NCBI GenBank assembly: GCA_045837725.1
Contig: JBEWZL010000156.1
Location: 124,001-146,495 of the forward strand
DNA: 22,495 bases
DNA from: Vermamoeba vermiformis
Lineage: Eukaryota
Reading direction: 5' to 3'
Shown here: in pieces, positions 1 to 9,772 of the stretch
Position numbering within the stretch: the first letter of the stretch is position 1
Layout of the letters: each line of letters opens with the position of its first letter
Translations under genes and position numbers: made by a program
Notes under the pieces: generated by a model
What the model saw: the letters and a program-made list of their open reading frames with translations, nothing else
What the model was told of the DNA's origin: nothing
The model's database searches: none

Positions 1-306
1 TTAATAATCATTATATTAGGAGCATAGTGGGGACCACTTGATTGCGACAAAATGAACTCGTTGACCTTCACAGATCCATTTTTGTCGAAGATCTTGGCGG
101 CGATCTGCGTCTGCTCGGTTCCAACTCCAGCAACAGTGTAAACTACTACATAATCTCCGTTGCTAAATGATGCTACACGAGGATACGAAATGGTTGGGGC
201 TTGGTTTGCTGCTCGTTCATTTATCGAAGTCCAGCTGGTTCGCGATGTACTGAGCAATCGCGGAAAAGATAACACCAACGAATACTATTGCCAATAGAGT
301 TCTCAT
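1..306 (-). CDS. Partial (runs off window edge) putative secreted protein with a frame discontinuity at ~235-250
   Basis: ATG at 306 gives a signal-peptide-like MRTLLAIVFVGVIFSAIAQYIA, but this frame stops at TGA 219-217. The +1 frame from ~239 is open to the window edge: TSWTSINERAANQAPTISYPRVASFSNGDYVVVYTVAGVGTEQTQIAAKIFDKNGSVKVNEFILSQSSGPHYAPNIMII, a beta-rich repeat-like sequence. Confidence 0.55.
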
Positions 307-658
307 TAGTGCTTCTCTTTGCAAAAATATGAATTAAAATTACAAACAGGGGACAGAAATTGAAAATATTACTGCGAGCGAAGAAATTTCGATTGATGAT
401 TAATTCAATTTCATATTAATAGACACGACACAAAAAATGCACCCGGAAGATGAGGCATACATACTTTGCCGATAAATGGGTGCAACAGCGCAAAACCAGA
501 AAATGACTTACGCAGTCCAAGTACTACCAGGAACTGCACATTTGCACGTGGTTATATTGCACCTGGTCCGCCATCACAATCGCCAAATCCTGCCATTGGT
601 ACGCTCCGTGCCACCACTTGCGTTGTTCAGGGTCGAGAGCTACATGCAACTCCAACTA

Positions 659-753
659 TGCTCGGTATACTCAGCAGTGGTCACGTTAGGTGACAAGAAG
701 TTTCATTGCTCGGTAGCCTAAGCATGGTCACGTTAGGTGACAAGAAGTTTCAT
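659..753. repeat. Tandem duplication, two units of 48 and 47 bp
   Basis: Units 659-706 and 707-753 both start TGCTCGGTA and share the identical 29-mer TGGTCACGTTAGGTGACAAGAAGTTTCAT (678-706, 725-753). Confidence 0.95.
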
Positions 754-911
754 GTGTATGAGTTATTACCGCCTGGTACCATAAGAAGTTCGAAGTAATC
801 ACACTCAATAAGCAGCGTGATCCGAAGTCAGATCCTGCGCTAAAAAGAGTTCGTTAAACAAAACCTGGGTAGAGGTGGGACCAGTAGCACACAAATGTCA
901 GTATTGACGTT

Positions 912-1104
912 AGCCAATGTTTACGAAAGGTAAGGGACATTTGTTTGCTTTACGCAGGGAAATTAATTTTAAACGCTTTCTGATTGGTCGGTGGTAAAAA
1001 TAGTGAAAAGTTCCATTCCTGTGTTTGTACGTACGAGAAACTATAAAATGTCAAGTTAGTTTGTCGAGTAATTCACTAAAACATCTGATAAGGAACAACA
1101 CGTG
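912..1104 (+). promoter_or_regulatory. Putative promoter of the NBR1-like gene
   Basis: CCAAT (~914), ATTGG (~983), TATAAAA (1042-1048) and ACACGTGG (1098-1105) lie upstream of ATG 1175. Motif matches only. Confidence 0.35.
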
Positions 1105-1174
1105 GCTTACCTATACACTAAAGTTTCAAGTCAGACCTAAATCCGATCAACAATCAATTCCACTTCATTCAACA

Positions 1175-2289
1175 ATGCAATCCACTACTTCGATTAAAGC
1201 TCAATTCAACGGCCAATTCCGTCGTTTTGCTTTGCAATCCAACACTTTCGATGCTCTTGCTGCTACGATCCACACCATGTTCAACATCTCTGAAGCTCTT
1301 GAAGTAAAAGTTCGCTATTTGGACGATGAAGGCGATGAAATAACTATTAGCTCCGATGCCGAGCTTATTTGCGCCCTTCAATCTTCCGCTGGCTGTTTGA
1401 AGATCTCCGTCGTCGCACTTCAAAAGGAGATTCAGCAGATCAACAACACCGTGCCTGCTTCTGTTGCTCTCGTTAGCGAAGAGAAAGAGTCCCAAGCAGA
1501 ACAAGATGCCAAGCCTCGCAAGCAAATGCCTGATTTTGTTCGCGAGATCATCAAGCAAAAACAAGCCAAGAAAGAGAAGCCTGTCAAAGCTGCCAAGCCC
1601 CAAAAGGCCAACGAAAACGACGAAAAGCCAAACCGTTCTGCTCATCGAGTTCGTCTCATTGCTCTACGTGACGCTCCCGACTGCGAAGAGTTCGCTCCGG
1701 ATGTACTTTTTACCAAGTCCTGGAAGATCCGCAACGTCGGTGCTTTGCCCTGGTCGACTGAGTTCAAGCTCATTCGAGTCCAAAAAGACAATGGTGCCAT
1801 GAGCCAAGTCGACGCAGTGCCAATCACTCGTGAAGTGGCTCCGAACGAAGTGTACGAAGCTACAGTCCCGATGCGCGCTCCGAACCAGCCTGGATCTTAC
1901 GAGAGCTTCTGGAGAATGACCGACAACGAAGGCAAGAAATTTGGTCCTAAGTAAGTTGATATCAGTAATATTCGCTACGAAACTACAAACTGACTTACAT
2001 TTTCAGATTGATCTGCAAGATCAACGTTGTTGAGCAAGAAGAAAAATCAGTGGAGGAAGAAGAGCCTCTTGCGACCTCCCTCGCCTCTGTTGATAGAAAA
2101 CAACTCGCCCTTGCTCGCAAGCAAACCAGAGAAGAGCGCTTGAAAAAGTACGAATCTCAGATCGCCGAGCTCAAAGAGTTAGGCTACAAGCCCAACAACC
2201 AGCACCTTCGCTTGTTGGCTGAGTACGACGGTGACGTTAATCGCGTCATCGCCTTCATGGCTCAAAAGAAGGCCCAAGCCAAGTCCTAA
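1175..2289 (+). CDS. NBR1-like selective autophagy receptor (PB1 + NBR1 FW domain + C-terminal UBA-like), ~352 aa
   Basis: Exons 1175-1950 and 2007-2289; intron 1951-2006 GTAAGT..TTTCAG. PB1 has the N-terminal Lys (IKAQF..RRF) and OPCA motif YLDDEGDEITISSDAEL. FW domain: FTKSWKIRNVGALPW...PGSYESFWRM...FGPK|LICKINV. UBA-like: QIAELKELGY...LRLLAEYDGDVNRVIAFM. Confidence 0.85.
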
Positions 2290-2992
2290 TTTCGAGCCCG
2301 CTCACCTATCATTAGCTCCAGCAATCATATCCAAAAGACAAACAAAAATTTAATCTACTTACGATGACATGTACACGACCTTCTGGTCTTCAATAAAAAC
2401 CACGCGGCCGTGCAAAAATATTTCGCAGTTCTCTCTAGATGCGGCACCAAGCGAGTACAAGCCAATCGCAGTGACAATAAAATATTCCGTTGGGTACTCG
2501 TAATTATCTATTGACAATTAAGGGACAGTAATGGCGTCTCGTTGCAGTTTGGAGAATTACAACAAAGTTGACACGCAAAACCTTCATTGGCTTTTAGTAA
2601 ATTACCTAATATTTGCAATAATTAAATTCATTGCTGAATAGTTGCAGTACTTACGTATTAATTGACAATTTACTTTCTCCGCGCTAGATTAATTTGCAAC
2701 GGATCTCCCACGCAACAGGCTCGTGCATAAATTAATCATTATAGGTTAATAAAATTTAACGCGTAATTTTAAAATAAATTGCGCAATTCAGGATATTTTT
2801 TCAGCCAGGTAATCTCACTAAACAGATTTCATTTTGCTATGTATGTCCAATGACGGAAAATACGTAAAAATAATATATAAGATAGTCATTAGTATTTGTC
2901 GCGTTGTGCAGTGTGTTGCATGTGTTGGCAATAAAATAAATTGCAACGGTGATTTTTTCTAGTTTTCACGCCAACAAGAACACAAAAGAACC

Positions 2993-5810
2993 ATGAGTGA
3001 AGATATTATATTTAAAAGCAAGTTCCCTAGCTTAGATATTAGCGAGTCAAATTTGCCTGAGTACGTCTTGAAGCAGATTAGCTCCTACGGCTCAAAGAAG
3101 GCGCTTATCGACGGACAGACCGGAGAATCTCTTACGTTCGATGAAATTGCGTCTTACATTAGAAAGGCAAGTATATTTTATAATATAGGCACGATTTATT
3201 GACGATATTTATTCAAAACTTCAAGTATGAAAGATCCCGCATCTGTGCTGTTTTATAATATGTCAATAGCATTAATATATTTAGCACGATTTTATTAACG
3301 TGTTTTTGATTAATTGATATTAAGATATGCCAAGTTAACTAAGCGCCACCTCGGATCTTTAAATATCCCAAATGTGTTTTGATTACATTTGGCTCTAATT
3401 ATTATTTAATATTATTAGGTAGCTAGAGGCTTATTAGACACTGGCTTTAAGAAAGGAGAAGTGTTCTGTATCTTTTGCCCGAACAACATTTACTACCCGG
3501 TACGTTATCATTTATTATACTGTTATTTCCAATATAACTAATTATTTATTAATATTATTATTTCTTTAGGTCGTTTTCCATGGCGTAAGTCACTAATGTG
3601 ATTTGTTTATCGATATTTTCGTTAGAGCTAAAAATCTTAATAATTTTCTTTGCCGTTTTAGGTCTTATTAGCCGGTAAGTTTATAAATACCATAGCGTTA
3701 ATCCAAATTTGATTTTGGGTCTGGGACTCTTCCGTGGTCCCATTTGAACGGGACACGGAGCTCAGCACAATTTTTTTTCGAGTCTCATCCTAACCTGATC
3801 TATTTTTAGGCGGCATTGTTACAACAGCCAATCCGTTATACACTGCGGAAGAACTCGAGCATCAATTGACCGATTCTGGTGCTAAATATATGCTCACTAT
3901 TCCTTTGTTCGTTGACAAAGCTCGTGAAGCGATGAAAAATGCCAAATTGGACGAGAACAATTTATACTCGCTTGGCGATGTTGCAAATGCCAAGCCATTA
4001 TTATCATTAGTATTGAATGATGGAGAGGTACGTACAATAACAAAAAAGAATTTGCTTGTAACGAAATTTCACTGGTTTTTTTCGGCAACTTAAAACGCTT
4101 GCCGCCTAAATGGTTACTAATTCGAGCATAATAATGTATTGTTCATATTTGATCTATTTTTATCACCGTAACACTTTGCGTGTAAATATGGTAAGTTTTT
4201 GGATCTGTGTTGGATCTGATGTTTTGAACGGATCAGGTACCAGCCCTAGACGTCAATATCAAACAAGATGTAGCAGTTTTGCCGTATTCGAGTGGCACAA
4301 CAGGTCTGCCGAAAGGCGTGTGTCTCAGTCACTACAACTTGGTGGCAAACTTGCAACAATTCAAGCCTCTCGAGAGCACGCATTTCAAGCCTGATGAAGT
4401 CCTAGTAGGCGTTTTGCCTTTCTTTCATATTTACGTAAGTTAATATCTATCTTATACAATATTTTATCATATTTCTATGCTATTAAAAAGTGGTATTTTG
4501 AAAATTTCGCGCAACTCTGATCTGGATCTGCGATGTCTATCGTTGGCCCAAATTTTCCTAAGCAATTTTATACTATAGGGAATGGTTGCCGTATTAAATT
4601 TGGGCTTAATTAGCGGAGTAACGACAGTCGTCATGTCTCGGTTTGACATGGAAAAATTCTTGCAATTAGTGCAACAATACAAAATATCTTGGGCACATTT
4701 AGTACCGCCTATTGTACTCGGATTAGCCAAGCACCCTATTGTCGCTAAATATGACATTTCGTCGTTACGATCAATTGTTTCCGCTGCCGCTCCGTTAGGC
4801 AAACAACTTCAAGAAGAATTGAGTCAAAAACTTAATATTCCCGTAAGCTCCTATTATTAATTAGTCCTTATTAGTAAAATTTTTGTTTTAACGACCTTTT
4901 TTTTTGAGCAGATCCGTCAAGGTTATGGCATGACAGAACTTAGTCCAGTGACTCATATCGTACCAATTAACGCTATGAGGTAAGTAGCCGTCATTCTTAG
5001 TTACAAAATGATATTTAATAGCCTTTTGCAGATTTGGATCGTGTGGTCTATTGGTGCCAAACTGCGAGGTCAAAATTATCGATGTTGACACAAATCAATC
5101 AGTCGGAGTTGGAAAGCGTAAGAATTGCATTTGTATTAAAAATAGTTGCAAATATTAATCATGCATTTGTAGCTGGTGAAATTTGCATTCGTGGACCGAA
5201 TGTGATGCTCGGTTATTTGAACAATCAAAAAGCGACAGAAGACACGATAGACAAAGACGGATTTGTGCATACGGGTGACATTGGCATGGTCGATGAAGAC
5301 GGATACTATTACATTGTTGATCGATTGAAGGAACTAATCAAGTACAACGGATATCAAGTGCCACCCGCTGAACTCGAAGCACTTTTGATCACTCACGACG
5401 CAATTGCTGACGCCGCCGTTATCGGTGTTCCAGACGAAGAGGCAGGCACGTATTATATAATTAATATGAGACATTTGGGTCCATTTCTAATTACACCACA
5501 ATCCCTCAAAGTGTCACCTTGACACGTGTCAACTTCATTTTTTCACGGTTTTTTCTTCTCGAAAGATATTTTGGACCGTGATACAAGTATGCTAAACTAT
5601 TCATATTTAATAGGAGAACTACCAAAGGGTTATGTAGTGCTGAAGCCCGGTAAGACCGTCACGGCAGAAGAGTTGTCTAAATGGCTCGAACAACACATCG
5701 CACCGTACAAGAAGTTGCGCGGTGGCATTGAATTTGTTGACAGCATTCCCAAATCAGCTTCGGGCAAAATCTTGCGAAGATTATTGAAGGAGAAATTGCT
5801 CAAGAAATAA
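2993..5810 (+). CDS. 4-coumarate:CoA ligase-like AMP-dependent acyl-CoA synthetase (ANL superfamily), ~528 aa, 11 exons
   Basis: Exons 2993-3166, 3419-3499, 3570-3584, 3662-3674, 3810-4027, 4237-4434, 4579-4842, 4912-4979, 5032-5117, 5173-5445, 5614-5810 give 1587 nt in one frame. Motifs: [84 protein letters not shown]. Confidence 0.95.
3167..3418 (+). other. GC-AG intron 1 of the 4CL-like gene
   Basis: Donor AAG|GCAAGT and acceptor TATTAG|GTA give YIRK|VARGL, which matches the family pattern. A GT alternative (3171/3422) is possible but has a weaker donor. Confidence 0.75.
5446..5613 (+). other. GC-AG intron 10 of the 4CL-like gene
   Basis: Donor CAG|GCACGT and acceptor AATAG|GA restore the conserved [14 protein letters not shown]. 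The GT at 5450 does not restore frame with the acceptors at 5613 or 5616. Confidence 0.85.
5519..5532. promoter_or_regulatory. Intronic 14-bp palindrome TTGACACGTGTCAA (G-box core)
   Basis: Perfect palindrome in intron 10 of the 4CL-like gene; recurs at 19319-19330 (12 bp) and 21589-21602 (14 bp). Function is inferred. Confidence 0.45.
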
Positions 5811-6023
5811 TAGGTACGGCAGCATTCATGATGTTAGCGTAGACTTACTGTACTTTCTATTCCGTTGTAATCATAATAAAAATGCAAATGTGACCTCTTC
5901 TTTTCTTGCGTAGAGCTGCTGTGTGAGTTCACCAAGATCCGATCACAATTTTCGTATCAAAAAAATTTGACCGTTGTTGTTCCATTTGACAGCTTCATCA
6001 CCAATAATAGAACTACTAATAAT

Positions 6024-6275
6024 ATGTCAACGTTTCCTATCAAAACGGTTGCATTAATCAGCGCTGTAGCCTTCGCAGCAAATCTACCGCTGGGCGCGCT
6101 TCGAGCAGATGTGGACAAATTCTCTCCAAGCTGGTTCATTTATGTCCACGCATCAGTGCCATTAATTATATACTTAAGAAAAAGATACAACGTACCTAGA
6201 ACGGCAGTCCCAATAAATATCGCATCTGCAGTCGTTGGACAGTTACTTGGCGGTAAATTAATATTAAAAAATTAA
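6024..6275 (+). CDS. Small intronless ~3-TM membrane protein of an uncharacterised conserved family, 83 aa
   Basis: ATG 6024 to TAA 6275. The pattern ANLPLGALR..KFSPSWFIYVHASVPLIIYLR...SAVVGQLLGG resembles a conserved hypothetical family I recall from bacteria and plants (not verified). Confidence 0.8.
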   Translation: MSTFPIKTVALISAVAFAANLPLGALRADVDKFSPSWFIYVHASVPLIIYLRKRYNVPRTAVPINIASAVVGQLLGGKLILKN

Positions 6276-6589
6276 TACAATAATTGCAAAATTATCAAGA
6301 TAATGTACATAGCAAATAAATTGAAAATGATAGGCGCGAAGCCAAAAAAAATTAATTGACCTAGCTTTATGCACTTGTAGCTTTGCTTATTTTTTGTGAT
6401 AAATACACAACAAGTCCCATGTTAAATAAGCCACGTGTTGTTGACGTTAACGAGCCAAAAAGTTCGCTCAAAATAATTACCAAACTTTTCTCAACCCAAA
6501 ACAATTTAATTGGTGGCACTCGTCGGTCATTTTATAGCTTGTAAATAGTAGTCGCAACAGTACCTTAACTATTATTTGTAAATAGCATC

Positions 6590-8144
6590 ATGGAGCACAA
6601 CACTGAAACTTTATCCATTAAATTCTCGCATCTGTACGCAGCAGATCCAACCCCAACTCCCCGTCAGGGCCATGTAGCCACTATATATGATGATCACTAT
6701 TACGTATTTGGAGGTAAGTTGTAAATATCTTGTCAATGTTGAATTCTTGTAATTAATTCGCTTTTTACTTGAAATGTTTTCAATTTTGATTTATTTTAAT
6801 TATAACCTGCGCTATTAAACCTTAGAATTGTCTTTCTATTATTTAACTATAGTTTTAATAGCATCATAATAAACTGATTCGTTTGAAAAAATATTTGACG
6901 GATGTAATTTTCAGGTCGAATTGTCGGCAAAGGACGCGTCTACACGAACGATCTTTGGCGATTTTCACTGAAAAATTATGTCTGGGAGAAAATTAATGCC
7001 AAGAATGAACCTTCAGCACGACACAATCATACTGGCGTTCAATACAATAACAAGTGGATTATTTTCAGCGGTCAAGATGCAACAGGTATAATATCAATAC
7101 TTCTATATTTGACATCATATAGATGTAATATTAATCGAATATCAATAGCGAAATTGAATGACGTGTGGGAGCTGGATCTGACGAAAAATGAATGGAAACA
7201 GATCAAGGCGCCTTCAGCGGCAAAGGATGTCCCAACACCTCGACACGCCGGTGTTAGTGTATTATTTAAGAACTATATGGTCGTACATGGTGGTTGCGAT
7301 GATAAAACGTAAGTGGATCCGATCCATTTTTTCACAGTTCGGTAGCTGATATTTTTTAATACCACAGCGTATACCAAAATGATATTTGGGCGTTAAATTT
7401 GGATACTTATGAATGGGAATTATGGTACCATCAACCTAAAGCAAAGCCCATTGGCCGAAGTTGGCATGCAGCAGTTGTGTTAGAAAATCGAATGATTATT
7501 TCTGGCGGGTACTGGTGGGACGGACATAACGAGCATTATTGCGGAGATTTCTGGGAATTTCATTTTGATCGTCGTGAATGGAACGAATTGTTTTTTAGCA
7601 CGCCAATGAACGAACTGCCGCACGCCAGAAACCGTCAAAGTGTCATCATGTCACAAGGTACGTGTCAAACTCAAACCTTTAACCTCACCTGAATATATAC
7701 TTGTTAAATCCATATTGGCAAGCCTCGTATTATTTTAGCACAAAAAAATACGTTCAAATTTTATCACGTCCAAAAAATGTAGCTTGAAATTCTATTTTTT
7801 TGGTCAAAAAATGATAAAATATCATTAATTTTTATATGTTAGATAATGAAGGCAGACCAATGATGTTGTTTATGTACGGCAACTGGTACAGCACGAAAAC
7901 ACACAAAGATCTATTCTTCGATGACGTACAAGTGATGATCTATGACAAAAAAGCATCAAATTGGACCGTATTAACTACAAATAACAATAATACGAAGGTG
8001 AAAATTACTGGAAAAAAGCCGATTGGTCGTGGCCATCAAACAGTTCTCGCGTACAACAACAAACAATTGTTTTTCTTTGGCGGTGAAGCGCATCGAAAGA
8101 GATACAATGACATGTACTTAATTGAATTAGATTTCCTAAAATAG
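6590..8144 (+). CDS. Kelch-repeat beta-propeller protein, ~348 aa, 5 exons
   Basis: Exons 6590-6713, 6915-7085, 7149-7308, 7368-7657, 7843-8144, all with GT-AG introns and frame-consistent. Repeated P.PR.GH...YVFGG...NDLW.F...W Kelch blades (about six). Confidence 0.9.
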
Positions 8145-8357
8145 AAATCGCGCGAAATTCTTGCAAAGTTACGTAACCTTTTTTGGATGTACGAATGAAA
8201 AAATCGGGCGATCCGGTTGTCAATAATAAAATTTACATTATTTTATTAACAGCTTTATAATATAACAATAATAATTAACTAATAAATAAAACATTAATTT
8301 CTGGCGCGATGATTTTCAGTGAACGAATCTTTCAGTGAAACAACACGATTGCCTTTT

Positions 8358-9478
8358 CTATTTGTTAATGCGTTCCATGCTGAAAGCTAATTGCACTTCA
8401 CCAGTGGCCTTATCAGACTTTTCACTTTTCTTCAACACGAACCACTCTTCTTGTTCTTTTTCATCGACGTAATCTTTCATCGGGATCTTGCACTCTCCAA
8501 TCTTAGAATCCTGCACAAAGATAATGCCCATTAATACTATTGTTATCAAAGTACCGCATAGTGATATTAGTTCGATCATATTGAGCCGCTCAACAAAAAT
8601 AAAAATTGCGCATGGCTGGATCCCGACAATTATTCAATTTACTGCGTTAATAAATTAATAAATACATTTCCGCTAAAATAAATAAATAAATAATAATCGT
8701 GATCTGGTTTGGTAAAACACCAATAAATTGAAAAGATGTCGCGGCAGATCCACGGCCGATTTTCTGGCATTTAGTGCTCTCACCGTATAATATAGCTTAT
8801 ACTTAAATGTATATTATTATTTTACTTACTAAGAAACCAAGATCGCTGTTCTTAACTTCAACGTGCAAAAAAATATCGTCGAATTTGTCTTTGGGCAAAT
8901 ATTCGCTAATCAAATATTAAAATTAATACCAATATTATATTATAACAACAATTAGTATTAGTATAATAGCATTGATTTCTTCTTACAATTCAAATGTCTC
9001 GTTCCATGACGGAGAAGTATCTTTTTTAATAACTGCTGTTTCTCGCACTCGACCGTCCAAATTAATGATTACTTTAGTATTGGGTTTTCCTAAAATAGTA
9101 ATATATTTAGCATCATGTCTTGCGAATTTTATTCCAGAAGAAAGCAGATCCAGAAAAAATCTCAAAAAATCTCGCTTCAAATTTTAAAATACAATTTGTC
9201 ATCGCGTATTATGATATGCAATATATAATTGCTTATATTCGCAAACGACAGCAACTTATTAGTGAATATTACAAAAATTATTTCTGAATATTTTGTATTG
9301 TTATTTACCAGGTAATCCACTCTTCTTGAGATCCTTAGCACCAAGAACTAAATTAATATTATGTTAGAATTCTGGGACTGTTAATTCGAATAATCAGACG
9401 CAGAATCAAAGTTTTCCACCGCATCTAAAAAATCTGGTTATAATGCTCACCTCTGATCTTAATAATCTGCTTAGACAT
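8358..9478 (-). CDS. Stand-alone C2-domain protein, ~132 aa, 5 exons
   Basis: Minus-strand exons 9478-9451, 9347-9309, 9089-8987, 8905-8830, 8510-8358. Protein: MSKQIIKIRVLGAKDLKK...PNTKV...RETAVIKKDTSPSWNETFEF...LHVEVKNSD...KIGECKIPM...EEWFVL...TGEVQLAF, a typical C2 pattern. Confidence 0.85.
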
Positions 9479-9772
9479 TTTTCTGTGTCGTTATGTGCTC
9501 TTATTATAAAATTAAACTTTAAAACCGTCCAGAATCAAGCTGCCAAAAAAATCTTCCAAGCGCCACAAAAAGTTGAAAATTCATGAACCACCGTGATTTT
9601 GCAAAATCAACAGCAGTACCACATTTGAACGTATTACAAGATACTTACTGCATTGTATATCTTGCTTTTGTAATCGGATCCGCTCCAAAAAACTCTCAGA
9701 GTAATTTCGAATAGCAATTTTATTCCTTTTCTACTATAGTGATCTATTTTAAGCACAACGACAGCAAAATTT

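Noticed and set aside
466-721. Overlapping short ORFs 466-693 and 476-721
   Set aside because: No recognisable motifs; they run into the tandem repeat, and I could not build a supported splice chain from them.
678-753. 29-bp direct repeats with an internal hairpin, superficially CRISPR-like
   Set aside because: There are only two copies, the 18-bp spacer resembles the sequence before the first copy (simple tandem duplication), the context is eukaryotic, and no cas genes are present.
1025-1174. N-terminal extension of the NBR1-like ORF
   Set aside because: It starts at a non-ATG codon and overlaps TATA-like and UTR-like sequence; the PB1 domain begins right after ATG 1175.
1169-1827. Antisense and alternate-frame ORFs (1169-1645, 1464-1802, 1642-1827)
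   Set aside because: Shadow ORFs over the codon-biased NBR1-like exon. The same applies to the antisense ORFs over the 4CL-like gene and the paralogue exons.
6563-6585. CCTTAAC U12-like branch site before an AG upstream of the Kelch ATG
   Set aside because: I found no RTATCCTT donor upstream; at most this is an ordinary 5' UTR intron.
8677-8697. (AAAT)n run
   Set aside because: Ordinary low-complexity sequence in an AT-rich intron.
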